From Longimicrobiales bacterium (GTDB lineage: Bacteria > Gemmatimonadota > Gemmatimonadetes > Longimicrobiales > Gaopeijiaceae): DNA of 64,000 nucleotides. Made by a program: the position numbers and the translations under genes. The number at the start of each line of letters is the position of its first letter. The stretch's first letter is position 1. The notes beneath the pieces are model-generated. The model did no database searches. It saw only the letters and a program-made list of their open reading frames with translations, and was not told the DNA's origin. The DNA lies in the NCBI GenBank assembly GCA_041690395.1, contig JAWLHJ010000003.1:320001-384000 (forward strand), in the 5' to 3' direction. Positions 1-10,058 of the stretch are shown piece by piece.

Positions 1-676
1 GCAGCGTCGGCGTGGAGCCACCGCTCACGATCTCGGGCTCCAGGCCCTCGGACCGCAGGGCGTCGAGCGTCTCGGCGACGCGATCGGACACGCGCGCGAC
101 GGCGGGCCCCTGATCTGCCTCCGCGCCGCGGATATGCCCCGGGTAGAACTGGATGCCACGGAACGCGACCCCGTCCAGGTCGGCGGCCCTACGCGCCAGC
201 TCGACGACCTGTTCCGCGGTCTGGACGCCTACCCGCCCGAGGCCGACGTCGAGCTCCACCAGCACGCCGATCGTCACGCCGGCGGCGGCCGCCGCGGAGG
301 CGAGGGGGACCAGCACGTCGGCCGCGTCGAGCGCCACCTTGAGATCGACCCGCTTCGCGATCCGGGTGACCCGTTCGAGCTTGGCCGCGCCCACCGGAGG
401 ATACGCGAGGAGTAGATCGTCGGTGAGCTCCGACATGACCTCAGCTTCGCGCGGCGTCGCGACCGTCAGCCCCGTCGCGCCGGCCGCGAGCTGGATGCGG
501 GCGATCTCCAGGGATTTGTGGGTCTTGATGTGGGGCCGCCACGCGAGGCCGTGAGCGGAGGCATAGGCGGCCACGCTCCGGGCGTTGGCCCGCACCCGCT
601 CGAGATCCACGAGCCCGACGGGCGTCTCCACGGCCTCCGGATCGGGACGGGAGCCTTCGATGTCGCGTTCCGTCAC
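1..676 (-). CDS. D-threonine aldolase / D-serine dehydratase family PLP enzyme (alanine racemase-like fold), partial, runs off the window start
   Basis: Not in the ORF track; translated by hand from GTG 676: ETPVGLVDLERVRAN, WRPHIKTHKS (PLP lysine motif), VELDVGLGRVG, FYPGH, VSGGSTPT. GTGA overlap with the TlpA stop. Confidence 0.85.
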   Translation of the reverse strand, partial: MTERDIEGSRPDPEAVETPVGLVDLERVRANARSVAAYASAHGLAWRPHIKTHKSLEIARIQLAAGATGLTVATPREAEVMSELTDDLLLAYPPVGAAKLERVTRIAKRVDLKVALDAADVLVPLASAAAAAGVTIGVLVELDVGLGRVGVQTAEQVVELARRAADLDGVAFRGIQFYPGHIRGAEADQGPAVARVSDRVAETLDALRSEGLEPEIVSGGSTPTL

Positions 677-1209
677 AGGACCTCGTCCAGCGCCGCGAGG
701 AACTCGGGATCCCCTTCCGGGATCGGGCCGAATCGGAGCCAGCGCAGCGTCCCCTCCCTGTCGATGAGGAACGTCGCCGGGAGACCGAGCGCCTGGTACA
801 GGTCCATGCCCCGCATCGCGGGATCGTGCAGGATCGTGTACGTGACGTCGTACTCGTCGACGAACATGCGGACCGCGTCCGCCTGGTTACGCGTGTCCAT
901 CGAAGCCCCCACGATCTGGAAGCCCCGGTCCCTGTGCTCCTCGAAGATCTCCTGTAGATACGGGGTCTCCTCACGGCACGGCGTGCACCACGTCGCCCAC
1001 AGGTTGAGGAGGACGACGTTCCCACGGAGCGACTCCAGGGAGACCGTGTCCCCGTCGAGCGTCACCGCCTCGTAGGCGCGCGTGGGCTCACCGATTCTCG
1101 GCGGGCCCTGGCGCTCCGGCGCGGCGCACGCGGTCCATGTCGTCATGGCGACCGCGACGATCCACGCGGCGGCCGTCCTGCGGTGCTTCGGTCTCTTTCG
1201 ATGCATCAT
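673..1209 (-). CDS. TlpA/ResA-like thiol-disulfide oxidoreductase, probable lipoprotein
   Basis: LLNLWATWCTPCREE CxxC motif, GLPATFLID cis-Pro loop, N-terminal hydrophobic segment ending WTAC. ATGA overlap with the upstream gene. Confidence 0.9.
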   Translation of the reverse strand: MMHRKRPKHRRTAAAWIVAVAMTTWTACAAPERQGPPRIGEPTRAYEAVTLDGDTVSLESLRGNVVLLNLWATWCTPCREETPYLQEIFEEHRDRGFQIVGASMDTRNQADAVRMFVDEYDVTYTILHDPAMRGMDLYQALGLPATFLIDREGTLRWLRFGPIPEGDPEFLAALDEVL

Positions 1210-2444
1210 CGGTCGTCCCGGATGTCGAGTCTGGCCATGCGGACGGACGGGCGCTCTCCCGTCGCGTCGGTCCAAGCGAGCACCACGTCTCCGCCGGTGA
1301 CCGGAGCCATGCGGGGAAAGCCGCTGGCCCTCGCGGCGGAGCTCTCGCTCACCGTACCGCTCGGACCCACCGCGCCGGCCGCGTCGACGGTCCGCACGCG
1401 GATGGCCGCGGTCTCGGCGCCGGTCTGCTCGAGCCAGCTCACGAGCGCCCGACCGTCGTCCAGATACAGAATGTCCACCCGGCCGATCGGGTTCCCGTCG
1501 TCGACCGTCACCGGCGCGCCGAAGCTGGCGCCCCCGTCCGAGGACAGCGCGACCTTGGCGCGGGGCACGTCGTCGGCCCCCGTGAACCACGCGACCGCGA
1601 CGTTCCGACCCCGGGCGGCGATCGCCGGTCCGTTCACGGGACAACCGCCGATCTCCCAGCCGTCGTCATGAACCGGAACACCCTCGGTCCAGCCGTCCCC
1701 CACGCGGCGCGTGACGTAGATGTCCCGGATCTCGTCCGCGGTGCGGTCACGGTAGACGACGACGGCCCCTTCCGAGGTCATGGCGGCGGCGGTCTGGCAG
1801 CAGTCGCACACGCGCGCGTCCACCAACATCTCGGGGCCAGCCTCACCGTTCGAGCCCACCTCACGATGCCGGAGCGTCATCTCCTCGGTCGCCTCGCCGT
1901 GGGCGCCGTCCACGTACTGTCGCCCGTCGAGCCAGGTCATGGCGATACCGTCCGCCGAAGGCAGGACCGAAACGAAGCCGTGCTCGGTGGGCGACGCGTC
2001 CTCGTGCGGGGTCCACGGCTCGCTCCAGCTCACCCCGCCGTCGTCCGAGCGCACCACACGGATCCCGTAGTCGTAGCCGCCCATGTCGCCACGCTCGAGC
2101 CAGTGCGCCCAGAGGGTGCCGTCCGCGGCCGGGGTCACCGACGGGAAGTCCGCCCAGTTGACGAAGAACCGCTCGCTCCGCTCGACGGTCCTCGCGTCAC
2201 TCCACCCTTCCCCGCCCAGGCTCGCGACCCGGAGCTCGTGGCTCCCGTCGGCCATCTCCTCGAGCCAGCTCATGTGGACCCGCTCGCCGTCGCTCGACAG
2301 GAAGGGCTCTCCACTGCCCTCCCCGGCGGGCACCGTCACCGGCTCCATGGACATGAACGGAGACTCGGGGGTATCAGGCGCACAGGACACGGTCGCGAAA
2401 AGGGCGAAGACCCAGAGCGATCGGGCGGACGTTGTCGTGACCAT
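1206..2444 (-). CDS. BNR/Asp-box (sialidase-like) beta-propeller lipoprotein
   Basis: Asp boxes SDDGGVSW and SSDGGASF; FVNWADFP, TEHGFVS, VCDCCQT and WEIGGCPVNGP motifs; lipobox-like TVSC. Confidence 0.85.
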   Translation of the reverse strand: MVTTTSARSLWVFALFATVSCAPDTPESPFMSMEPVTVPAGEGSGEPFLSSDGERVHMSWLEEMADGSHELRVASLGGEGWSDARTVERSERFFVNWADFPSVTPAADGTLWAHWLERGDMGGYDYGIRVVRSDDGGVSWSEPWTPHEDASPTEHGFVSVLPSADGIAMTWLDGRQYVDGAHGEATEEMTLRHREVGSNGEAGPEMLVDARVCDCCQTAAAMTSEGAVVVYRDRTADEIRDIYVTRRVGDGWTEGVPVHDDGWEIGGCPVNGPAIAARGRNVAVAWFTGADDVPRAKVALSSDGGASFGAPVTVDDGNPIGRVDILYLDDGRALVSWLEQTGAETAAIRVRTVDAAGAVGPSGTVSESSAARASGFPRMAPVTGGDVVLAWTDATGERPSVRMARLDIRDDR

Positions 2445-2628
2445 GGCGATTCGGACCTGAGCGAGGGTTCCGGCGCACCCCACCGACCGGGAAATCGGCT
2501 TGCGGGAGGGCGCATCATACCGGAGAATCTCGGCGCGGGCCCCATCACGGTCAAACCGATCGCCGTCGTCCGGGGTCGAGGCGCGGAACAAGCGAGCCCG
2601 GACGGTGGTTCCCAAGGAAGGACCGAAG

Positions 2629-2644
2629 CGGCACGTCGTGTGCA
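2629..2644 (+). promoter_or_regulatory. Putative sigma-54 promoter (-24/-12)
   Basis: cGGCACG-tcgt-gtGCa (GG-N10-GC), about 100 bp upstream of ATG 2746. Confidence 0.5.
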
Positions 2645-2745
2645 AGTCATTCGTGCTCAATCGTCCTACATTGCGTAGTCGGCACACCCGACGGGCAGCT
2701 GGCACACCGGCTTCCGGAACTCGAGCGAACATCCAGGCGGCGATC

Positions 2746-5700
2746 ATGCGTTTCACCAACGGCGGCACGACGCGATTCCTAATGGCGGCCCTCCTCGCGT
2801 CGAGCGCGGCGGTGGCGCTCCCGGGAGACGCCTCTGGCCAGTACTTCGGGCGTAACAAGGTCCAGTTCGAGGACTTCGACTTCCGCGTGATGCGGACCGA
2901 TCACTTCGACCTCTACTTCTACGGCGACGACCCGGAGCCCATCGAAGACGCCGCCCGCATGGGTGAGCGCTGGTACGAGCGTTTCGCTCGGACCTTCCAG
3001 CACGAGTTCGAGACCTCCAAGCCGCTGATCCTGTACCGGGATCACCCGGATTTCCAGCAGACCAACACGCTCTCCGGCAGCATCGGCGAAGGCACGGGAG
3101 GTGTGACCGAGTCGCTGAAGAACCGGGTGATCATGCCGCTCACCGGCTCCTACTGGGACACCGATCACGTGCTGGGCCACGAGCTGGTCCACGCCTTCCA
3201 GTACAACATCGCCCAGTCCCGTCGGGGCGGCGGAATCCAGGGGCTCATGGCTCTTCCCCTCTGGCTCGTCGAGGGGATGGCCGAGTACCTGTCGGTCGGT
3301 CGCGAGGACCCGCTCACGGCCATGTGGATGCGCGACGCGATCCGTCGCGACGAGCTCCCGACCATCCGCCAGATGACGCGCGACACCCGCTTCTTCCCCT
3401 ACCGGTTCGGCCAGGCGCTTTGGGCCTACATCGGCGGAACGTATGGAGACGACGCGGTGATCCAGATCTACCGGCGCTCGCTGCGCGTGGGCTTCGAGAA
3501 CGCCATCCAGCAGGTGCTCGGCCAGCCGACCGACTCCCTTTCCGTCCGCTGGAAAGAGCAGGTGGCTCTCGACTACGGTCCCGTGCTCGAGGGGCGGCTG
3601 GCGCCGTCCGAGGATGGCGATTTGATCCTGGCTCCGAGCACCGGCTCGGGCCGGACGAACATGTCCCCGGCCATCAGCCCGGACGGACGGTTCGTGGCCT
3701 ATCTCTCGGAGAAGGACCTCTTCTCCGTCGACCTCTTCCTGGCCAATGCCGAGACCGGTGAGGTCGTGCGCAAGCTGACGAGCGCGAACTCGGATCCGCA
3801 CATCGAGGCACTCCGCTACATCGACTCGTCCGGCACCTGGTCTCCGGATTCCCGCTTCTTCGCGTATTCGGTGATCGCCGGCGGTGACAACCGCCTGATC
3901 ATCGTGGACGCGGAGAATGGCGACGTCACCCGTCGCATCGACCCGGGCTCGAACATCGGCGCGCTGAGCAACCCGAGTTGGTCGCCCGACGGGCGCTACA
4001 TCGCCTTTTCCGGCATGGTGGAGGGCCTGAGCGATCTCTTCGTCTACGACCTCGAGACGAGCTCCCTGCGCCGGCTCACCGACGACAAGCACGCCGATCT
4101 GCAGCCGAACTGGTCACCGGACGGCCGGAGCATCGTCTTCACGTCGGACCGGGGAGCGGGCACCGACTTCGAGCAGCTCACCTACAGCTCGTTCCAGCTG
4201 GCCACCGTGGACGTCGCGACCGGAGTCGTCGAGCCGATCTCCATCTTCGGAGACGTCAAGCACATCAACCCGTTCTACTCCGCGGACGGCACCGAGATCT
4301 ACTTCATCTCCGACCGGGACGGCGTGAGCGACATCTACGCGCTCGAGCTGGAGTCGCGGAACGTGCGCCGCATCACGAACCTGGCGACGGGCGTGAGCGG
4401 GCACACCTACATCTCGCCGGCGATGTCCGTGTCGCGCACCGGGCTCGCGGCCTACACGGTCTTCGACTCACTCGAGTTCCACGTCTACACGAAGTCGGTC
4501 AACCAGGGGACCATGGTGGCTGCCGTGGACGAGGGCACGGACTTCCCGGGCCGCCGGCTGCCGCCGGTCGATCCGGACCGCTTCAGCCGTGTCGAGACCT
4601 ACCTGTCCGACGCCGGGACGGGCCTCTACGCCTCGGGATCCTTCCGCGCGGAGGAAGCCGAAGAGTACTCCGCGGGGCTTTCGCTGGACTACGTGGGCCA
4701 GCCGTCCATCGGCGTGGGCGCGGACAGCTACGGCAGCTACGTCGGCGGAGGTGCTTCGGCCTACTTCAGCGACATGCTGGGCAACAAGGTGCTCGGGGTG
4801 GCCATCCAGGCGCAGGGCACCTTCAAGGACATCGGCGGCCAGGCGTTCTACACCGACATGTCGAACCGGTGGAACTGGGGCGTGGGAGGCGGCCGGATTC
4901 CCTACATGCTCGGCTACCGCCAGTTCGGCCAGGACGAGCTCGGCTTCATCGAGGAGCAGACGCTCTTCCGGATCTACAACACCTCGCTGATCGGCCAGGT
5001 GGCCTACCCGTTCTCATCCACCCGGCGCGCGGAATTCGGCCTCGGAGCCACCCGCTACAGCTACGACGTCGAGACGTACACCTACTACTACGACTCCTTC
5101 GGGCGCCCGTACAACCTGGTCCGGGAGGATCGTGACGACCTCGCGCCCGATGCGCTCAGCCTGGTCGAGGCCTCGGCCGCGCTGGTCGGCGACAACACCT
5201 TCTTCGGCTTCGTCTCCCCCGTGCGCGGCGGACGGTATCGTCTCGAGGTACAGCAGACGTTCGGCAACGTCGACTTCACGACGCTGATCGTGGATTGGCG
5301 CCGCTACTACGCCGCTCATCGGAACCTGACGTTCGGCGTCCGGGGCATGCACTACGGGCGGTACGGGCTCGACGGCGAGGAGTCGACCCAGGGCGGCTTC
5401 GGGCTGCTCAGCCCCCTCTTCCTCGGCTATGAGACGCTGGTCCGCGGTTACGCATGGGAGAGCTTCGAGAACAGCGAGTGTGCGGCCGGGTCGTCCGCCG
5501 CCGACAGCTGCCCGACCATCAACCGTCTGCGAGGCCAGCGCATCGGCGTAATGAACCTCGAGATGCGGATTCCCTTCATCGGTGTGGAAGAGTACGGGCT
5601 CATCAACTTCCCGTTCCTCCCGACCGAGCTGGTGGCGTTCGCGGACGCCGGCCTGGCCTGGAACACGAACGACCAGTTCAACCTCGAGATCTCGCGCTCG

Positions 5701-5850
5701 TCGACGGACCGGGTGCCGGTGATGTCCACCGGGGTATCGCTCCGTTCGAATCTCCTCGGCTTCCTGATCCTCGAGGCGTACTACGCCTACCCGTGGCAGC
5801 GGCCGGACAAGGGTTGGCACTGGGGCTTCCAGATCGCTCCGGGCTGGTAG
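2746..5850 (+). CDS. Outer-membrane protein: zincin (peptidase MA-like) domain + TolB-like PD40 propeller + Omp85/BamA-type C-terminal barrel
   Basis: Signal peptide then QYFGRNKVQ; HELVH...WLVEGMAEY metallopeptidase motif; repeated WSPDG; barrel region with VRGY and C-terminal aromatic GW. Confidence 0.85.
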   Translation: MRFTNGGTTRFLMAALLASSAAVALPGDASGQYFGRNKVQFEDFDFRVMRTDHFDLYFYGDDPEPIEDAARMGERWYERFARTFQHEFETSKPLILYRDHPDFQQTNTLSGSIGEGTGGVTESLKNRVIMPLTGSYWDTDHVLGHELVHAFQYNIAQSRRGGGIQGLMALPLWLVEGMAEYLSVGREDPLTAMWMRDAIRRDELPTIRQMTRDTRFFPYRFGQALWAYIGGTYGDDAVIQIYRRSLRVGFENAIQQVLGQPTDSLSVRWKEQVALDYGPVLEGRLAPSEDGDLILAPSTGSGRTNMSPAISPDGRFVAYLSEKDLFSVDLFLANAETGEVVRKLTSANSDPHIEALRYIDSSGTWSPDSRFFAYSVIAGGDNRLIIVDAENGDVTRRIDPGSNIGALSNPSWSPDGRYIAFSGMVEGLSDLFVYDLETSSLRRLTDDKHADLQPNWSPDGRSIVFTSDRGAGTDFEQLTYSSFQLATVDVATGVVEPISIFGDVKHINPFYSADGTEIYFISDRDGVSDIYALELESRNVRRITNLATGVSGHTYISPAMSVSRTGLAAYTVFDSLEFHVYTKSVNQGTMVAAVDEGTDFPGRRLPPVDPDRFSRVETYLSDAGTGLYASGSFRAEEAEEYSAGLSLDYVGQPSIGVGADSYGSYVGGGASAYFSDMLGNKVLGVAIQAQGTFKDIGGQAFYTDMSNRWNWGVGGGRIPYMLGYRQFGQDELGFIEEQTLFRIYNTSLIGQVAYPFSSTRRAEFGLGATRYSYDVETYTYYYDSFGRPYNLVREDRDDLAPDALSLVEASAALVGDNTFFGFVSPVRGGRYRLEVQQTFGNVDFTTLIVDWRRYYAAHRNLTFGVRGMHYGRYGLDGEESTQGGFGLLSPLFLGYETLVRGYAWESFENSECAAGSSAADSCPTINRLRGQRIGVMNLEMRIPFIGVEEYGLINFPFLPTELVAFADAGLAWNTNDQFNLEISRSSTDRVPVMSTGVSLRSNLLGFLILEAYYAYPWQRPDKGWHWGFQIAPGW

Positions 5851-5869
5851 GACGAAGCGAGAGCATCGG

Positions 5870-5907
5870 AAAAAGCGAAGGGCCGGGGGACATCCCCCGG
5901 CCCTTCG
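5870..5907 (-). terminator. Intrinsic terminator, possibly bidirectional, between the convergent Omp85 gene and mlaD
   Basis: Perfect inverted repeat CGAAGGGCCGGGGGA / TCCCCCGGCCCTTCG (5876-5907). An A run on its left gives a U tract on the minus strand. Confidence 0.8.
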
Positions 5908-5940
5908 TCGTTCGGCGGTGGCTCGAGACCCGGTTCGCCG

Positions 5941-6900
5941 TCAGAAGATCGACAGGCTGATGTACTTGCGCGGGTTCTCCTGCAGGTCGACGAGCAGGGC
6001 GTTCAGACTCTGGGCCGCGGTGTGCAGGCTCACGTAGAGCGCCTCGTCGGTCGAAAGGCGTCCCAGCGTCCCCTCGCCCCGCTCGATTCGCCCGAGCACC
6101 TCGCGGAGCGACGCGGCCGCACCGTCGAGGGTACGGCTCGTGGACTCGAGCTGGGCCATGGCGGAGTCCGCGCGGGCGATGGCGCTCGCGATCTCCGGAC
6201 CCGCCGCGCTGGCCTCCTCGAGGCCGGCGGCCGAGCGACGCAAGCTCTCGGTGAGCTCCCGCAGCCCACCCCGCTGCTCGTTCGCGATGGCGGAGAGCTC
6301 CGTGAGCAGCACCTCCATCTCCTGAGCGCTTCCCTGGACCGACCCGATCGTCTGCTGGTCCAGGAGCTGGTTGATGCGCTCCATCACCGAGCCGGCCTGG
6401 CCGCTGAGCTCGTCCACGGCGCCGAGCATCCCCTCACCCGCCGCCGACTCGCCCGGGATCGTGTCCCAGGCCTGGAGCATCTGGGACGACTCACCCGGCT
6501 CGATCACGAGCGTACGCCCGCCGAAGATGCCGGAAGCGCCGAAACGCGCTCGCGAGTCCACCGGGATCTCCCAGCGGCCCTCGATCTCCATGGTGATGTC
6601 CACCCGTCCGGGCTCCGTCAGCTCGAAGTCGTGGACGCGGCCCAGATTGATCCCGTACATCTGGATGGGGTCTCCCGCGCGTACGCCGCCCGCGTCCGTA
6701 ACGGTCGTCACGACCTTGTAGCGCCCCCGGAAGGTGGCGGGATCGGTCATCCAGAAGAGGACGATGACGAACGACACCAGTCCCAGGAGGACGAAGACCC
6801 CGACACGCGCGTTCTTGGCCCCCGACTCCTGGGGGACGGCGGCCATCAGCTCTTCGTCGCTCACGCCCTTCCGGGCGCGATCCTTCTTCTCTTCAGTCAT
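5941..6900 (-). CDS. mlaD: MCE/MlaD family protein
   Basis: N-terminal TM (RVGVFVLLG), DAGGVRAGDPI..GINLGRV MCE motif, helical tail with EGTLGRL and NPRKYI; operon with mlaEF. Confidence 0.9.
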   Translation of the reverse strand: MTEEKKDRARKGVSDEELMAAVPQESGAKNARVGVFVLLGLVSFVIVLFWMTDPATFRGRYKVVTTVTDAGGVRAGDPIQMYGINLGRVHDFELTEPGRVDITMEIEGRWEIPVDSRARFGASGIFGGRTLVIEPGESSQMLQAWDTIPGESAAGEGMLGAVDELSGQAGSVMERINQLLDQQTIGSVQGSAQEMEVLLTELSAIANEQRGGLRELTESLRRSAAGLEEASAAGPEIASAIARADSAMAQLESTSRTLDGAAASLREVLGRIERGEGTLGRLSTDEALYVSLHTAAQSLNALLVDLQENPRKYISLSIF

Positions 6901-7667
6901 GCCGCATTGGTTCCATTGTCGAGCGCGGCCTCCGCAGCCGCCCGGTCCACGAAGGCCCGGACCCGGGGGTCCGGTGATTTCCTGAACTCGTCCGGCGTCC
7001 CGCAGAAGCGCAGGTGTCCGCCGTCGAGCATGGCGACGCGATCACACATCAAGAGCCCGCCCTCCACATCGTGCGTGACGAGCAGCGAGGTGACCTCGAG
7101 CTCGTCGGAGAGACGGGTGATGAGTCGTTCGACCGCGGCCGTGTTCACCGGGTCGAGCCCCGTCGTCGGCTCGTCCCAGAGGAGCACCTTCGGGCGCCCC
7201 ACGATGGCGCGGGCGATGCCGACCCGCTTCCGCATGCCGCCCGACAGCTCGGCGGGGATCTTGGCCATCACCTCGGCCGGATCGAGGTTCACCGTCTCGA
7301 TGGCCGACCAGACCCGCCGCGCTACGTCCAGCTTGGCCGTCCGGGCGAGCTCCTCCTCGGGAATCCCCATGGCCACGTTGTCGTAGACGTTGAGGGAGTC
7401 GAAGAGCGCCGCGTTCTGGAACACGTATCCGACGCGGCGACGCACACGTCCCAGTGCATCGGGGCCGCCGCGATAGACCGAGATCCCGTCGACCTCCACG
7501 TCCCCCCGGTCCGGCACGATGAGCGAGAGCGTGGTCTTGAGGAGCACGCTCTTACCCGTGCCGCTCGGCCCGAAGAGCGCGAACATCTCGCCGGCGTCGA
7601 CCGTCAGGTCGATCCCCTGGAGGACCGGCTGATCGAACGCCTTGTGGATGTTCCGGTAGGTGATCAC
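6897..7667 (-). CDS. mlaF: MlaF-type ABC ATPase
   Basis: Walker A GPSGTGKS, FQNAALFDSL, signature LSGGMRKR, Walker B WDEPTTGLDP. Confidence 0.92.
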   Translation of the reverse strand: MITYRNIHKAFDQPVLQGIDLTVDAGEMFALFGPSGTGKSVLLKTTLSLIVPDRGDVEVDGISVYRGGPDALGRVRRRVGYVFQNAALFDSLNVYDNVAMGIPEEELARTAKLDVARRVWSAIETVNLDPAEVMAKIPAELSGGMRKRVGIARAIVGRPKVLLWDEPTTGLDPVNTAAVERLITRLSDELEVTSLLVTHDVEGGLLMCDRVAMLDGGHLRFCGTPDEFRKSPDPRVRAFVDRAAAEAALDNGTNAA

Positions 7668-7677
7668 GTCGGGCCTC

Positions 7678-8463
7678 CTACTGGAGCAGGAGCGGCGGGA
7701 ACATGGCGTCGATGATCAGGAGCGCCAGGATCATGAACATGACGGCCTGCGTCGTCGTGAGCCCCACACCGGCCGCGCCGCCCTTGGTGCGGAGTCCCAT
7801 GTGCACGGACACCAGGGGAATGATCAGGCCGAACACCACCGACTTCGAGAAGCCGTAGAAGAGGTCCCAGGAGTGCCAGAAGAGGCGGGCCCCGTAGAGG
7901 AACGCCTCAGTCCCGAGCCCCGTCGACAGATTCGCGGCCACCATGCCGGCCGCGATTCCAATGACGTCCGCGAACCCCACCAGGAGCGGCATCGTGATGA
8001 CCCCGGCGATGACACGCGGCGCCCCGAGGATGGCCACAGGATCGCGCCCGAGGGCCTCGAAGGCGTCGATCTGCTCGGAGACCACCATGGTTCCGAGCTC
8101 TGCGGTGATCCGCGCGCCGATCCGTCCGACGAGCACGATGGCGGTGAGGAGCGGGCCCAGCTCGAGCACGACGCTCTGCACCACCAGCGTGCCCAGCAGA
8201 TAGGCCGGGGACGTCGAGGCGAGCTGGTAGCCGCCCTGCTGGCTCGTCACGATGCCCGCCAGCGAGGCCGTGACGAACACGATGGGGAGGCTCTGGATCC
8301 CCATGATGTACATCTGCCGGAGCACGTCCTGAGAGCGTACCCGCCCCTGCGCGATCGCCTTCACGATGCCCACGCTCAGGATTCCGAGCGCGCCCGCGTG
8401 GTCGAGCGTGATGACGGACGCACGCCCGAACCCGCTGAGCCAGCGGTGGATGAACGACGGCAC
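7678..8463 (-). CDS. mlaE: MlaE-type ABC permease
   Basis: ELGPLLTAIVLVGRIGARITAELGTMVVSEQIDA and GGAAGVG motifs. The GTG 8463 start is an estimate. Confidence 0.9.
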   Translation of the reverse strand: MPSFIHRWLSGFGRASVITLDHAGALGILSVGIVKAIAQGRVRSQDVLRQMYIMGIQSLPIVFVTASLAGIVTSQQGGYQLASTSPAYLLGTLVVQSVVLELGPLLTAIVLVGRIGARITAELGTMVVSEQIDAFEALGRDPVAILGAPRVIAGVITMPLLVGFADVIGIAAGMVAANLSTGLGTEAFLYGARLFWHSWDLFYGFSKSVVFGLIIPLVSVHMGLRTKGGAAGVGLTTTQAVMFMILALLIIDAMFPPLLLQ

Positions 8464-8669
8464 GGGAAGCGCGCGAGTGGAACGCTTCAAGACAGGATGG
8501 CTCCGAGCGAGTGGGTCCCCGGCTGGTCGTCCCGGGGTGTAGAGCGATGAACCTTCGGAAGAACGCCGGCCAAAATCAACCGGCGGTGGTGTCGGGGAAG
8601 CGCACACGCTACCGTCATCGTGCCGACTCGTCGGCACACCAACCACTGTTGAAACCCGGAGATGTCCAT

Positions 8670-9965
8670 ATGACACGGTCCCTCTCGATGGGCGCGCTCG
8701 GCGCCGTCGTCGCCTTCGGCCTGGCCGCTTCGCCGGCTTCGGCGCAGACCCCCGACTACGCCGCCGAGATCGAGCGGATCGCGGCGCACCCGGCGGTACA
8801 GCGGGCCATGGACATGATCGAATCGACCGACGACCGGACCATGGCCGACCTGCGCGAGCTGACGCAGATCCCCGCGCCCCCGTTCATGGAGACCGAGCGC
8901 GGCCTTCGTTTCCAGGAGCTGCTGCAGGAAGCCGGCGCCGACTCCACGTGGATCGACGAAGAGGGTAACGTCATCGGCCTGCGGCGTGGCAGCGTCGGCG
9001 ACGAGGTGATCGCCATCAGCGGGCACCTCGACACGGTCTTCCCCGAAGGGACGGACCTCACCATCCAGGAAGACGGCGACACCCTGCGCGCTCCCGGCAT
9101 CGCCGACGACACGCGTGGGCTCGCCGCCGTGTTGGCGATCCTGCGGGCGATGAACGAGGCGGACGTCACCACCGAGGACGACGTGTTGTTCATCGGGACG
9201 GTCGGCGAGGAGGGCCTCGGAGACCTTCGGGGAATGAAGCACCTGTTCCGCGAGGGCGGGCCACGCATCGACGCCTTCATCTCGATCGACGGGACGAGCC
9301 ACGAGCGCGTGACGCACCAGGCGCTCGGATCGTACCGGTACCGGGTGACGATCCATGGACCCGGCGGACACTCGTGGGGAGCGTTCGGCCTGGCCAATCC
9401 GCAGCACGCGCTCGGCCACGCCATTGCCCACTTCGATGTGGCGGCCGACGCGATCACCCGCATGGGGCCGCGCACCAGCTACAACGTGGGCCGCATCGGC
9501 GGGGGCACCTCGGTCAACTCGATCCCCTTCGAGGCCTGGATGGAGGTCGACATGCGCTCGGAGAGCCCGGAGAGCCTCGACCGAATCGACGCCGCCTTCC
9601 GTAGGGCCATGGAGCGGGCCGTCGACGAGGCCAACGCCACGCGTCGCGAGGGTGAGCCGCTCAGGTTGGAGCTCGACAAGATCGGCGAGCGGCCGTCGGG
9701 CGAGATCCCGGCGAGCGATCCGTTCGTGCAGCGCGCCGTCGCGGTTACGCGCCACCTCGGCATCGAGCCGAGCCTCGGACGCAGCTCCACCGACTCGAAC
9801 ATCCCGATCTCCATGGGCATTCCTTCGTTCACGCTCGGCGGGGGCGGCATCGGCGGCAACGCGCACTCGCTCGACGAGTGGTTCGTGAACGAGAACGGCC
9901 CACTCGGCATCCAGAGGGCGATGCTCATCGTGGTGGCGCAGGCGGGGATTCCCGGCACGAGCTGA
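8670..9965 (+). CDS. Secreted M20/M25/M40 family metallopeptidase
   Basis: Signal peptide (ASA-Q); SGHLDTVF, PGIADD, GEEGLGDLRG and AHSLDE zinc-ligand motifs; GGAG RBS. Confidence 0.9.
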   Translation: MTRSLSMGALGAVVAFGLAASPASAQTPDYAAEIERIAAHPAVQRAMDMIESTDDRTMADLRELTQIPAPPFMETERGLRFQELLQEAGADSTWIDEEGNVIGLRRGSVGDEVIAISGHLDTVFPEGTDLTIQEDGDTLRAPGIADDTRGLAAVLAILRAMNEADVTTEDDVLFIGTVGEEGLGDLRGMKHLFREGGPRIDAFISIDGTSHERVTHQALGSYRYRVTIHGPGGHSWGAFGLANPQHALGHAIAHFDVAADAITRMGPRTSYNVGRIGGGTSVNSIPFEAWMEVDMRSESPESLDRIDAAFRRAMERAVDEANATRREGEPLRLELDKIGERPSGEIPASDPFVQRAVAVTRHLGIEPSLGRSSTDSNIPISMGIPSFTLGGGGIGGNAHSLDEWFVNENGPLGIQRAMLIVVAQAGIPGTS

Positions 9966-10058
9966 GGCCCCGGGGGCGGCGGCCCAGACGCTGCACGCCG
10001 CCGTCCCCGACCTCGCAGCCGACACACTTCGACACTCAGAGCGGGACGTTCAGGATTC

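Noticed and set aside
8620..8638. Palindrome GTGCCGAC-tc-GTCGGCAC in the mlaE/M20 divergent region
   Set aside because: A single short GC-rich inverted repeat with no second copy seen; it could be an operator but is unsupported.
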